Positions 21,442 to 32,110 of a stretch of DNA of 64,000 nt are shown here, piece after piece; the stretch's first letter is position 1, and every line of letters begins with the position of its first letter. The stretch comes from an uncultured Acidimicrobiia bacterium (lineage in GTDB: Bacteria > Actinomycetota > Acidimicrobiia > IMCC26256 > JAENVU01): the NCBI GenBank assembly GCA_963847815.1, contig CAWKBF010000001.1, positions 213,202-277,201 of the forward strand, written 5' to 3'. A program made the position numbers and the translations under genes. A model generated the notes under the pieces. That model worked only from the letters and a program-made list of their open reading frames with translations, ran no database searches and was not told where the DNA came from.

Positions 21442-22760
21442 CCGCGTCGAGCCGAGCGGCGCGCGGCCGCGCCGCCTCCGGGATCCCCCGATGGGTGGCC
21501 GCCCGGCTGCCCGGACGGGTGACCGAGCACCTGCGTTCGCCGCTCTACCGCAACGGCTACGCGCTCGTGATCGCAACCGGCGCGACCTCGCTGCCTCGGC
21601 TTCCTCTACTGGCTCCTCGCGGCGCGGCGGTACAGCCCGGCCGACGTCGGCCGGAACTCAGCGCTGATCGCGTCGATGACGTTCCTCGCGAACCTCGCCC
21701 ACCTCAACCTCACCAACGGGCTCAACCGCTTCGTCCCGACGGCGGGGCGGCGCACCGGCCGGCTGATCGCGCTCGTCGTACGTCGTGGCCGGTGCGCTCT
21801 CGGTGCGTCGCGGCGCTGATCTACATCGGTGGGCGTCGAGCTCTGGTCGCCGGAGCTCACCGACCTCGTGCGCGAGAACCCGCTCGCGGTCGGCGCGTTC
21901 ATCGCGGCCACGGTCGCTCTGGGTCGTGTTCCAGCTCCAGGACTCCGTGCTCATCGGGCTCGGTCGGGCCGACTGGGTGCTGACCGAGAACGTCGTGTTC
22001 GGCGTCATCAAGATCGTGCTGCTCGTCGCCCTCGCGACCGCGCTCCCGACGAGGGGATCTTCGCGTCGTGGACGTTGCCGCTGATCCTGATCGTCGTCGC
22101 CGATCAACGTGCTCGTGTTCCGCCGGCTCGTGCCGCGCCACGTCGAGTCCGATGGGAGGCGGTGGTCGAGCCGATCCACGCTCGCGACCTCGGTCGCTAC
22201 CTCACCGCGGACTACTTCGCGTCATTGCTCTGGACCGCGACCACGAGCCTCCTGCCGCTGATCGTGCTCGCGATCGCGGGCGCGAAGCAGAGCGCGTACT
22301 TCTTCCTGTCGTGGACGATCGCGTACACGCTCTACCTCCTCAGCCGGAACCTCGGCATGTCGCTCGTCACCGAAGGCGCACGGGCGCCGCAACGGCTCTA
22401 CGAGTTCGCGCTCCGCACGCTGGCGCAGAGCGCCAAGATCGTCGTGCCGCTCGCAGCTCGCGGTCGCGCTGCTGTCGCCCGTGATCCTGCGCCTGTTCGG
22501 TCCCGAGTACGTCGACGGTGCGTCGATCCTGTTGCCGCTGCTCGTGCTCTCCGCGATCCCGAACGTCGTGATCGCGACGTTCCTCAGCGCAGCGCGCGTG
22601 CAGCGCCGGATGCGCGCAGTCGTCGTCGTCACCGCCGCGATGTCGATCAGCGTGATGGGGCTCTCGGTCGTGCTGCTCGACCGGTACGGGCTGACCGGCG
22701 TCGGGGTGGCCTGGCTCGCTCGCCCAGTCGGTGATCGCGATCGGCCTGCTGCTCACCGAG
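21438..22760 (+). CDS. polysaccharide-biosynthesis / Wzx-like (MOP superfamily) flippase (multiply frame-broken; 3' end approximate)
   Basis: MTASSRAARG...LRSPLYRNGYALVIATGATSL.., FLYWLLAARRYSPADVGRNSALIASMTFLANLAHLNLTNGLNRFVP, YFASLLWTATTSLLPLIVLAIAGAKQSAYFFLSWTIAYTLYLLSRNLGMSLVTEG and ILRLFGPEYVDGASILLPLLVLSAIPNVVIATFLSAARV together give a many-TM pattern typical of Wzx/polysacc_synt proteins. Confidence 0.55.
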
Positions 22761-22799
22761 CTGCCGGGCCGTCTGGCTGCCCCGGGTGCCGTTGCACCG

Positions 22800-23792
22800 G
22801 CTGCCGCACCCGACGCTTCGTCCGCAACCACGCCACGGGCGCCGCCGAGCCCGCGCTCGCCGCGGCGGCCGGGTTGGGAGCCGGCCGGGCGAGCCCCGGG
22901 CCGACCCCGATCTCGGCGCGATCGTCGTCCGGTCGCGACGGCCACGAGCGATCTCGGCGGTCCTGCGGTTCGCCCGCACGGAGCTCGGCGCGCGCAGCCT
23001 GCGCCGCCATCAAGCGGCGCTCTGACGGCGCTCGCGCCCGGCGCGGTGCCCGGCGCCTGGCGCAGCCTCGTCCCCGATGTGCTCGCGCGCGGCGAGGCCG
23101 GAGGCCAGCCGTGGCTGGTCGAGACCCACATCGAAGGCGCCGACGCCCGCCACGCGGCGGCCATCGGACGGCCACGACGCTCGTCCAGTCGACGGGCCGA
23201 GCGCCGCGATCCGGATGCTGCACACCGCGACCGCGACCGAGACGCCGGTGGACGACGCGGTGCTGCGCGCCTGGGTCGACGAGCCGATCACCGAGCTCCG
23301 GGCCACCGCCGGCACGCCGCTGCGCGCCGGTGCAGACCATGCCGCGCTCGACCGGGTCCGGGCGCAGCTGCGCGAGGAGCTCGGCGGGCCGGGTGCTGAC
23401 GACGTGCTTCGCCCACGGCGACTACTGGCTCGGCAACGTGCTCGCCGCCGACGACGGCACCGTCACCGGGATCGTCGACTGGGAGCGGGGCGCGGCTGCC
23501 GGGCCTCGCCGCGATGGACGTGATGACGCTGGTGCTCACCGGCCGGGTCGAGCAGCGGCGCCGCGAGTTCGGACCGGTCGTCCGGGATCTCCTGCGGGGC
23601 GATCCGTTCGAGCCCGGGCGAGCGCAGCGCTTCTTGCCGGTCGGTCCCGGCGCGGGCGAGCTCCCCGAGCGCACGGTCCTGCTCCTCACCTGGCTCCACC
23701 ACGCCGCCTCGAACCTGCAGAAGCGCAATCACTACCGGGCCAACACCGTCTGGGTGACGACCAACGTGCACTACGTCCTGGAGAAGATGTGA
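22800..23792 (+). CDS. aminoglycoside-phosphotransferase (APH)-fold kinase (multiply frame-broken; start unresolved, possibly fused to the flippase)
   Basis: Catalytic-loop motif FAHGDYWLGNVLAADDGTVTGIVDWE (H-G-D-x4-N ... D-W/F-E). Upstream QPWLVETHIEGAD; downstream MDVMTLVLTGRVEQRRREFG...LLLTWLHHAASNL...VHYVLEKM* (ORF 23514..23792). Confidence 0.6.
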
Positions 23793-23841
23793 GGACCGAA
23801 GCGGCGTTTCGGCGCCGGATTCCGCGGGTATATCGGCGGCT

Positions 23842-24198
23842 ATGTCGATGACCACCGCCATCTCGCCCCCGTCCCGCTGCACCCGAACGGCACGAAGACG
23901 AAGCCCGATGCCCGGCCCTGGAGCCGGCGGGCCGCGTGCACCGGCAAGACCGACGCTCTTCTTCGAGCCGCCGTCCGAGCGGCCCGAGGCCCGGGTGGTC
24001 CGGGAGCTCAAGGCGTCGCTGGTCTGCGCGGTCGTGTCCGGTCCTGGCCCCGTGCCGGGAGTGGGCCCGGGAGCACGGCGAGTACGGCTACTGGGGTGGC
24101 GAGTCCGAGGAGGCTCGCGTCGGCGGCCGGCTTCCGGACCCGCATGCCCGCGCGCGCCGCGCCGGCCGCGCCGGATCAACCCGCACCGCGTGGCCTGA
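23842..24198 (+). CDS. WhiB-family redox-sensing transcription factor (frame broken about 3 times)
   Basis: ACTGKTD / LFFEPPSERPEARVVRELKA / CPVLAPCREWAREHGEYGYWGGESEEAR give the WhiB Cys pattern (C...C-x2-C-x5-C) and the G[YVI]WGG turn. They are split between ORFs 23842.. and 23936.. and a third frame. Confidence 0.7.
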   Translation: MSMTTAISPPSRCTRTARRRSPMPGPGAGGPRAPARPTLFFEPPSERPEARVVRELKASLVCAVVSGPGPVPGVGPGARRVRLLGWRVRGGSRRRPASGPACPRAPRRPRRINPHRVA

Positions 24199-24223
24199 CC
24201 CGCTGACGATCCGCCGGTGCGTC

Positions 24224-24888
24224 GCTACCCGGCGGTCGGCTTGCACGTCCTTGACCTCGACGACGAACCAGAGCGTCTCGTCGGGTGCGATGTCGGGTGG
24301 GTAGCCCTGGGCGCCGTAGGCGAGGTCGGACGGGATCCCGAGCAGGCGGGTCCCGCCGACCTTCATGCCGGGGAGGCCCTGCTGCCAGCCGGGGATGACC
24401 CCGTTCGAGCGGGAACGTCGCCGGCTGCTGGCCGTACGAGGTGTCGAAGATCTTGCCGGTCGAGCACGACACGCCGATGTAGTCGACGGTGATCGTCGAG
24501 CTCGGCTTCGACGGTGGCGCCCGGTGCCGACCGTGAGGTCCTGGCTGACGAGCTCGGTCGGTGGGGGACCGACGGCCACCGGGACCTGCGGGGCGCCGGC
24601 GGGGAGCGGGTCGGCGACTGCGACGCACGGCTTGCCCGCGGCGGACGGCAGCGCGGCGCGGTGTCGGGCGGCGGCGTGGTCGAGTCGAACCGCCGGCTCG
24701 ACGTCGTTCGAGCTGCTGTCGTCGTTGCCGTCGAAGAAGAGCGCGGCGACCGAGCCGAGCCCCAGCGCGACGACGATCAGCACGATCACGACCCGGACCC
24801 AGGGCTTGGTGTCGGCTCTGGCCGAGCGCGGCGGCGGCTTCTTCGGCTTCTGATACGGCTTGGCGTTGGGCTTCTGCGAGGGGCTCAC
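24224..24888 (-). CDS. membrane-anchored FKBP-type peptidyl-prolyl isomerase (frame broken 2-3 times)
   Basis: Lys/Pro-rich N-terminus, one TM (WVRVVIVLIVVALGLGSVAALFF), then FKBP blocks ITVDYIGVSCSTGKIFDTSYG.. (ORF 24176..24628) and GVIPGWQQGLPGMKVGGTRLLGIPSDLAYGAQG...LWFVVEVKDV (ORF 24088..25026). GTG start 24888. Stop probably TAG at 24224-26 after a late switch. Confidence 0.7.
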
Positions 24889-25000
24889 GGGGCGCAACGT
24901 AGCGGACCCGGGCCGGGGTGCGCGGTCACCCGCACCTCTCCGGGCCGGGGCCCGAGCCCGTCTACGATGCGTGGGGGGATTGCGGCGATACGTGGGCGAG

Positions 25001-28000
25001 ATGACCGCAATGCGACGTTCGACCAAGGCCGTCCGGTGCCCGCTGGGCGATCGGTGCCCTGCTCGCCGCGCTCCTGGCCTCCGCGTGCGGTCCGGGCGTG
25101 TTCACCCATGCCGGGAACACCGGCCGCACCGCCTGGTACGCCGACCAGGAGGGCCTGACCCCGCAGCTCGTGGGCGGCGGGACCTTCGGGCAGATGTTCG
25201 AGTCGCCGGTCGACGGCCAGGTCTACGCGCAGCCGGTCATCGCGAACGGCACCGTCGCTCGTCGCGACCGAGAAGAACAACATCTACGGGATCGACGCGA
25301 TCACCGGCGCCCGAAGTGGTCGCGCAACGTCGGGGTGCCCTGGAACCCGAACGACGTCGGCTGCGCAGATCTCGCTCCCGTCGGTCGGGATCACGCGCAC
25401 GCCGGTGATCGACCCGGCGACCGGCACCGCGTACTTCTTCAAGAAGACCTACGCGTCGGGCACATCGGGCCCGGCCGTCGTGGTTCGCGCACGCGGTCGA
25501 CGTCGCGACCGGCGCGGAGCGCGCCGGCTTCCCGGTCACGGATCCAGGGCTCCGCGACGAACGACCCGGGCAAGGCGTTCAACCCGACCGACGCGATCCA
25601 GCGCGCCGGACTGCTGCTGCTGAACGGCGTGGTCTACGCGGCGTTCGCCGGTCACTGCGATCACCAGCCCTACAGCGGATGGGTCGTCGGCGTGTCGACG
25701 ACGGGCACGCTCACGCACGATGTGGACGTCCGCGCCCGGCGACACCGGCGCGGCCGGCATCTGGCAGTCGGGCGGCGGCCTGGTCGCCGACGGTCCGGAC
25801 TCGATCATCGTCGCCACCGGCAACGGCTCGCCGAACGTGACCGCTCGCCCGGGCAGCCAGCCCGGGGCCAAGCTCGGCCAGGCCGTCATCCGACTGAAGG
25901 TGCAGCCCGACGGGTCGCTTGCAAGCGGTCGACTTCTTCAGCTCGTACGACGCCGACATGCTCGACACCTGGGACGCGGACCTGGCGTCGGGCGGTCCGG
26001 TGCTGCTGCCGTCGACCCCGTTCAGCACCCCGAGCCATCCGCGTCTCGTGGCGATCGCCGGGAAGCAGGGGTTCCTGTACCTGCTCGACCCGGCCGACCT
26101 CGGTGGCATGAAGCAGGGGCCGAACGGTGGTGATCGGGTGGTCGCGCGCTTCGGACCGTTCGGCGGGGTCTGGGGTCAGGTCGCGGCCTGGCCCGGCGAC
26201 GGCGGGTACCTCTACCTGCTCCCGCCGAACTCGTACCTGGGCGGGGACGGGGACGTGCGCGTCTTGAAGTGGGGGATCGACGGTGCGGGCAAGCCGAGCC
26301 TGGCCGAGGTCGGGCGCAGCACCGAGAGCCGCCGGCTTCGGTTCGACGGCGTCGGTCGTCTCGTCGGACGGCACCAAGTCGGGCACCGGCGCTGCTGTGG
26401 GTCCAGGCCCGCGATGCGAGTGGCAACGGGCAGCTGCGCGCGTACGACACGGTCCCGGTGAACGGGAAGCTCGTGCTGCGCTGGAGCGGCTCGCTCGGGC
26501 AGGTCGACGAAGTTCTCGATCCCGGCGGTGTTCGGCAAGCGGATCTACATGGGGACCGAGGACGGGCGGCTGCTGTCGTTCGGGTCGCCGGTGACCCAGC
26601 CGCTGAGCGGTGGGCCGCTCGCGGTTCCCGCAACTGCGGTGGGGCAGACCGCGACCGCGAACCTCACGTTGCGCGCGACCACCGACTTGACGATCACCGC
26701 GATCGCGCACCGGGAACCCCGCGTTCACGGTCGGGTACGCCGACCGCGACCAACCCGACGCGCAGCGGGCTGCCGATGTCGTTGGCGGTTGGCCAGACCG
26801 TGACGATCCCGGTGCGGTTCGCGCCGACGGTTGCCGGCGCGGCGAGCAGCGAGATCACGGTGACCACGAGTCGGTGCGGACAGTCAGCATCCCGGTCACA
26901 TCGACCGGGATCAACCCGACTGGGCTGCTGCAACCGACGCCACCGGTCATCAGCTTCGGCGGTGCGTCCGGCCGGTGGCACACCGGTGAGCGCGGCGGTG
27001 AGCATCGCGAACGTCGGTGCCACCGGAGTCACCATCACCGGCATCACCAAGCCGCCCGCGCCCTTCGCGGTCACGGGCCTGCCCGCGGTCGGGTCGACGA
27101 TCGCACCGCTCAGCTCGATCGTCGGTCACGGCGACGTTCGCGCCGACGGTGATCGGGTCAGTACTCCGGCGTGCTCACGCTTGAACACCTCGGCCGGGAT
27201 GCTCGAGATCCCGGTCTCGGGCACGTCGGCGCCTCCGCCGGTCCTGACCCTGCACCCCGACGACGGTCGCCGTTCGGCTCGACGCTGTCGGCGCGACCGC
27301 CTGCCGCACCTTCACGATCAGCAACACCGGCGGTTCGCCGCTGCAGATCACGAAGTCGAAGCCTCCGGCCGCCGGTGTGGGCTTCGCGGCGACGTCGCTC
27401 GTTGCCGGAGGCGTCGTCGATCGCGCCGGGGGCGTCGGTCACCGAGACGGTGACGTTCACGCCGACGGCCACGGGCGCGGTCGTCGGACACCTGGGTGGT
27501 CAACGGCAACGACGGCGGTGGCGAGCGTGCCGATCACGTTCACCGGGACCGGGGTGGCGGGCACCGCGGTACCGGGCCCGCTCGCGGGCACGTGGTCGAA
27601 GAACGGGGCCGCGACGCAAGGGACGGCCGGAGTGGCTCGACCTCACCGGACTCGGGACGAACGCGCGCGGCTCGTCGTTCGCGCCCCAGGCCATCACCGC
27701 GTCGTCGACCGTCGTGTCGTTCGACGCGGTGCTCGTGCTACGGCACCGGCGGTGACGGCACTGCGCTTGTGTTCGGCGACACCGCCCGTGGCGCGAACCG
27801 CAACGTCGCTCGGTGCCGCAGGGGGTGGGCTGGGCTTCGCCGGGATCCCGGGCGTCGCGGTCGGCGCTCGACACGTTCCAGAACCCCGGCGACGTGAGCG
27901 ACAACTCGGTGGGCATCACGAACGGTCCGGTCGGGCACCGACCCGACTCAGCTGCACTGGCTCGCGACGACCTCGGCGATCCCGAAGCTGCGGCCCGGCG

Positions 28001-28182
28001 TCCACCACGTCGTGGTATCGGTGGTCGCCGGTGACGTCACGGTGCGGGTCGACGGCCAGCTCGTGCTCGAGCCGCGCGCGGTCGCGATGCCGGCAACGTT
28101 CCGGCTCGGCTTCACCGGCTCGACCGGCGCCCTGACCGACCTGCACCTGGTCAACAACGTGTCGATCACCACCCGCACCTGA
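25001..28182 (+). CDS. large secreted lipoprotein: PQQ-like beta-propeller + three Ig-like (choice-of-anchor-D/HYDIN-type) repeats + C-terminal L-type lectin domain (many frame breaks)
   Basis: Signal/lipobox MTAMRRSTKAVR..ARWAIGALLAALLASAC. Propeller blocks: GQVYAQPVIANGTV..EKNNIYGIDAITGA, GITRTPVIDPATGTAYFF, LLLLNGVVYAAFAGHCDHQPYSGWVVG, IWQSGGGLVADG, KQGFLYLLDPADLGG. Repeats: ...VGQTVTIPVRFAPTVAGAASSEITV... Lectin end: GGGLGFAGIPG..ALDTFQNPGDVSDNSVGI...FRLGFTGSTGALTDLHLVNNVSITTRT* (stop 28180-82). Confidence 0.65.
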
Positions 28183-28201
28183 CGCCCAAGTTCCGGGCCA
28201 A

Positions 28202-28257
28202 CCCGTTCCGGTGTCATCCGAGCACGCCATGGCATGTTCGAATGACACCGAAACGGG
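28202..28257. terminator. bidirectional palindromic hairpin between the lectin lipoprotein and the hemerythrin gene (recurring element)
   Basis: Arms CCCGTTCCGGTGTCAT (28202-17) and ATGACACCGAAACGGG (28242-57), with one mismatch. The centre is GCCATGGC. The right flank CCGAAACGGGTG is shared with copies at 10126 and 13494. Confidence 0.5.
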
Positions 28258-28285
28258 TGGTGGGTCGACGCCGACTCGAGTCGGG

Positions 28286-29027
28286 TCAGGCGATGCCGAG
28301 CCGGGTGCCGAGCGCCACGTAGTCCGCCGGGGTCAGCACCGAGCCGGCGAGCGCCCACACGCCGGCGAACACCTCGGGCGGCGCGCCGGCCTGCATGCCG
28401 CCGAGCATCTCGGCCCGGTCGTCGATGTTCATCGCCGGGAGCATGATGCCGAGCGACGTCGCCATCAGCTCGGGCGGGATGCTCGCGACGATCGCCTGGT
28501 CGACGCGACGATCTCCTCGACGCCCATGACCGCGGCGAGCGCAGGCATGACCTGGCACTCCTCGAAGTCCTGGTGCTCGAGGTACGAGCCGGTGAAGGCC
28601 GCGAGCTCCCGGTAGACGTGGTGGACCCGGCCCCGCTGCTCGGCGGCCGGCGCGGTCGTCGCCCGCTCGGTCCGCGCCTGGATCTCGGCCATCGTGGCTT
28701 CGAGCCGGGGGTGGTCGCTCGCGATCACCTCGGCGTAGAAGGGGGCGTGCACCTCGATGAGCGGCTGGACGAAGTCGTCCTCGTGGGCCGGCGTGCTGGA
28801 CCAGCAGCTCGAAGAGGTTGCGTGACGTCCTCGGTGAGGCGCTCGCGGGCGCACCGCTCTCCCGGGTCCATGTTCCCGGCGAGTCAGCGGTGACCCGGAA
28901 CAGCTCGGCCCGGATGCCCTTGTGGATGTTCTTGTAGGGGTCGTAGGGCACGAGCTCGAACTCGGACGCGGTGTCGACCCGGGTCGCCGTCGAGGTGGCG
29001 AGGCTGGGTGTCGAGGGTTGCGGTCAT
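28286..29027 (-). CDS. hemerythrin-like (HHE cation-binding) domain protein (frame broken about 4 times)
   Basis: ATG 29027 is preceded by GGAGGA. Blocks: PYDPYKNIHKGIRAELF, LFELLVQHAGHEDDFVQPLIEVHAPFYAEVIASDHPRLEATMAEI, VHHVYRELAAFTGSYLEHQDFEECQVMPAL, and C-terminal QAIVASIPPELMATSLGIMLPAMNIDDRAEML... The pieces lie in ORFs 28884.., 28465.. and 28286... Confidence 0.55.
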
Positions 29028-29184
29028 GGTTCCTCCTGGGTCTCGGTCGACCCCGGCGGGGTCGTTGTGCTTGCGTGAGACCATCTTGAAGTGGTTCCGG
29101 GGCCTCCGCTCCTGAGAGACGCGTGAGCAAACGCTAAGAATTCGCTACCCGGAGAAATGTCGTTGACCGAGGAGGGCGGGGACG

Positions 29185-30078
29185 GTGATCGATCCGGACG
29201 TGGTGGCGCTGCTCGAGTCGGGGTGCTCGACGTTCGTCGGGACCGTCGACGGCGACGGGAACCCGGCGGCGGCCTACGCCATGGGGGCGCTCGTGCTGGC
29301 CGACGGTGCGCGAGCTGCGGGTGCTGCTCGAACGCCGAGGAGACGCCAGGTCCTCGACAACCTGCGCGACGACCGGGGTCGTGGCGCTCGGCGCGACCGA
29401 TGTCCCGACGCTGCGTTCGGTGCAGGTGAAGGGGCGGGCCGAGCGGGTCGAGCCGGTCACCGCCGAGGACCGGATCCGCACTGGACCGCTACATCGCGGG
29501 GTACTTCGACGCGATCAACCGGACCGACGGCACCCCGGTCGAGCTGCTGCACCGCCTCGTGCCGCGCGACTTCGTCGCGTTCGTCATGACCGTCGAGGAG
29601 CTCTACGACCAGACGCCGGGCCCGCAGGCCGGCTGCGAGCTGCTGAGCCGCGACATGACCGACCGAGATCTCGCTCAGTGCGATCCGCAGCTGCTTCGAA
29701 GGGCGTCGTCCCGTCGGTCATCGCCACCGCGTCGGCCGACGGTGCGCCGAACGTGACCCACCTCTCGCGGGTGCACTTCGTCGACGACACGCACGTCGCG
29801 CTGTCGAACCAGTTCTTCTCGAAGACGACGCGCAACCTGGCCGAGAACCCGCGGGCCAGCGTCCTGGTGATCGATCCCCACGACGTTCGACTGCTACACG
29901 CTCACGCTTGCAGTACGAGCGCACGGAGCGGCGCGGCCCGCTGTTCGACAAGCTGAGCCGCGACATCGACGCGATCGCCGCGCTCACCGGCATGACCGAC
30001 GTGTTCAAGCTGAAGAGCGCGGACGTCTACCGGGTGATCGAGATCGAGCAGACCCCGGCGGTCGGCGACGGATCGTGA
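29185..30078 (+). CDS. tandem pyridoxamine-5'-phosphate-oxidase-fold (PNPOx-like, flavin/F420-type) protein (frame broken about 5 times)
   Basis: First repeat: MIDPDVVALLESGCSTFVGTVDGDGNPAAAYAMG...VVALGATDVPTLRSVQVKGRAERVEP. Second repeat: GVVPSVIATASADGAPNVTHLSRVHFVDDTHVALSNQFFSKTTRNLAENPRASVLVIDP...YERTERRGPLFDKLSRDIDAIAALTGM...YRVIEIEQ. Stop TGA 30076-78. Confidence 0.6.
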
Positions 30079-31064
30079 GGTCCGACGGCGACGCGTCGCT
30101 CGGTGGTGCGGCTGGCCGAGGTCAGCGGCCGGCTCGAGCCGGTGTCCGGACCTCGACACGGTCGTCACCGCCGCGCTGCGGGGGCTGGCCGAGCAGTTCG
30201 GCTACGACCACTCGCTGCTGCTGCTGCTGGACGAGAACGGCTCGCGCCTCTTCACGATCGCCAGCCACGGCTACGAGACCGCGGGCATCGGCTCCGAGGT
30301 CCAGGTCGGTGAGGGGATCATCGGCATGACCGCGGCCCGCGCCGCGCCGATGCGGGTCGGCAACCTGCGGGCGATGCTGAAGTACGCCCGCACGGTGCGG
30401 CGCGAGTACGAGCAGAGCGGTGACCTCGCGCCGGGCTGGGAGATCCCGCTGCCCGGGCTCGCGGCGGCGGAGAGCCAGCTCGCGGTGCCGGCGATGGTGC
30501 TCGGTCAGCTCGTCGGCGTGCTCGCGACCGAGAGCGACGCGCCACATGGCGTTCGACGAGGACGACGAGGCGCTGCTCAGCGTCTTCGCCGGGATGGTGG
30601 CCAGCGCGATCGAGATCGACTGGGCCCACGAGCGCACCGAGGACCCGTCGGCGCCGACCGGGCGCGCGCCGGCGTGCACCGCCGCCGAGCGTGGCGCACA
30701 CGACGCGGGTGCGGTTCTTCCCGGTCGACGGCAGCACGTTCTTCGACGGCGACTACCTGATCAAGGGTGTGGCCGGGCGCATCCTGTGGACGCTGCTCGG
30801 CCACTACGCCCGCGACGGGCGCGACGAGTTCACCAACAAGGAGGTGCGGCTCGACCCGAGCCTCGAGCTCCCCGAGCTCCGCGACAACCTCGAGAGCCGG
30901 CTCATCCTGCTCAAGCGCCGGCTCGAGGAGCGCGACGCGCCGATCCGGCATCGAGAAGACCGGACGCGGCCGGTTCCGGCTGCTGGTCGACACCACGCTC
31001 GTGCTCGAGTCCGTCGGCGGCGAACCGGCTGATCCGCCTGAGACGCGCGGGCCCGACACCGTAG
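30075..31064 (+). CDS. GAF domain + C-terminal OmpR/PhoB-like winged-helix protein (frame broken about 4 times; ends approximate)
   Basis: GAF blocks LDTVVTAALRGLAEQFGYDHSLLLLLDENGSRLFTIASHGYE...GEGIIGMTAARAAPMRVGN...QLAVPAMVLGQLVGVLATES, then FDGDYLIKGVAGRILWTLLGHYARDGRDEFTNKEVRLDP...LESRLILLKRRLEE...EKTGRGRFRL, which resembles a trans_reg_C wHTH. Confidence 0.55.
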
Positions 31065-31073
31065 GCTCCGTCG

Positions 31074-32003
<930 letters not shown>

Positions 32004-32110
32004 GTCTCCAGCGGCCGACTGCTGACCACAGTCGATCTGGCGGCCGCTGGCGGCTTGATGGCGGCGGGTACCGTCGGCGCCATCGAAAGTCGGAGATCGG
32101 CCGGCGGAGT

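Noticed and set aside
22481-23851. 456-aa ORF read as one protein.
   Set aside because: Only its first ~80 residues (flippase C-terminal helices) and a short stretch around HGDYWLGNV look like real protein. The rest is Arg/Pro-rich off-frame sequence, so the ORF is a chimera of frames created by indels.
27916-28615. Pair of ORFs on opposite strands beginning with near-identical peptides (MSFEHAMACSDDTGTG... and MSSEHAMACSNDTETG...).
   Set aside because: The similarity is a by-product of the 56-nt palindrome at 28202-28257 being translated on both strands. The remainder of each ORF is antisense to real genes.
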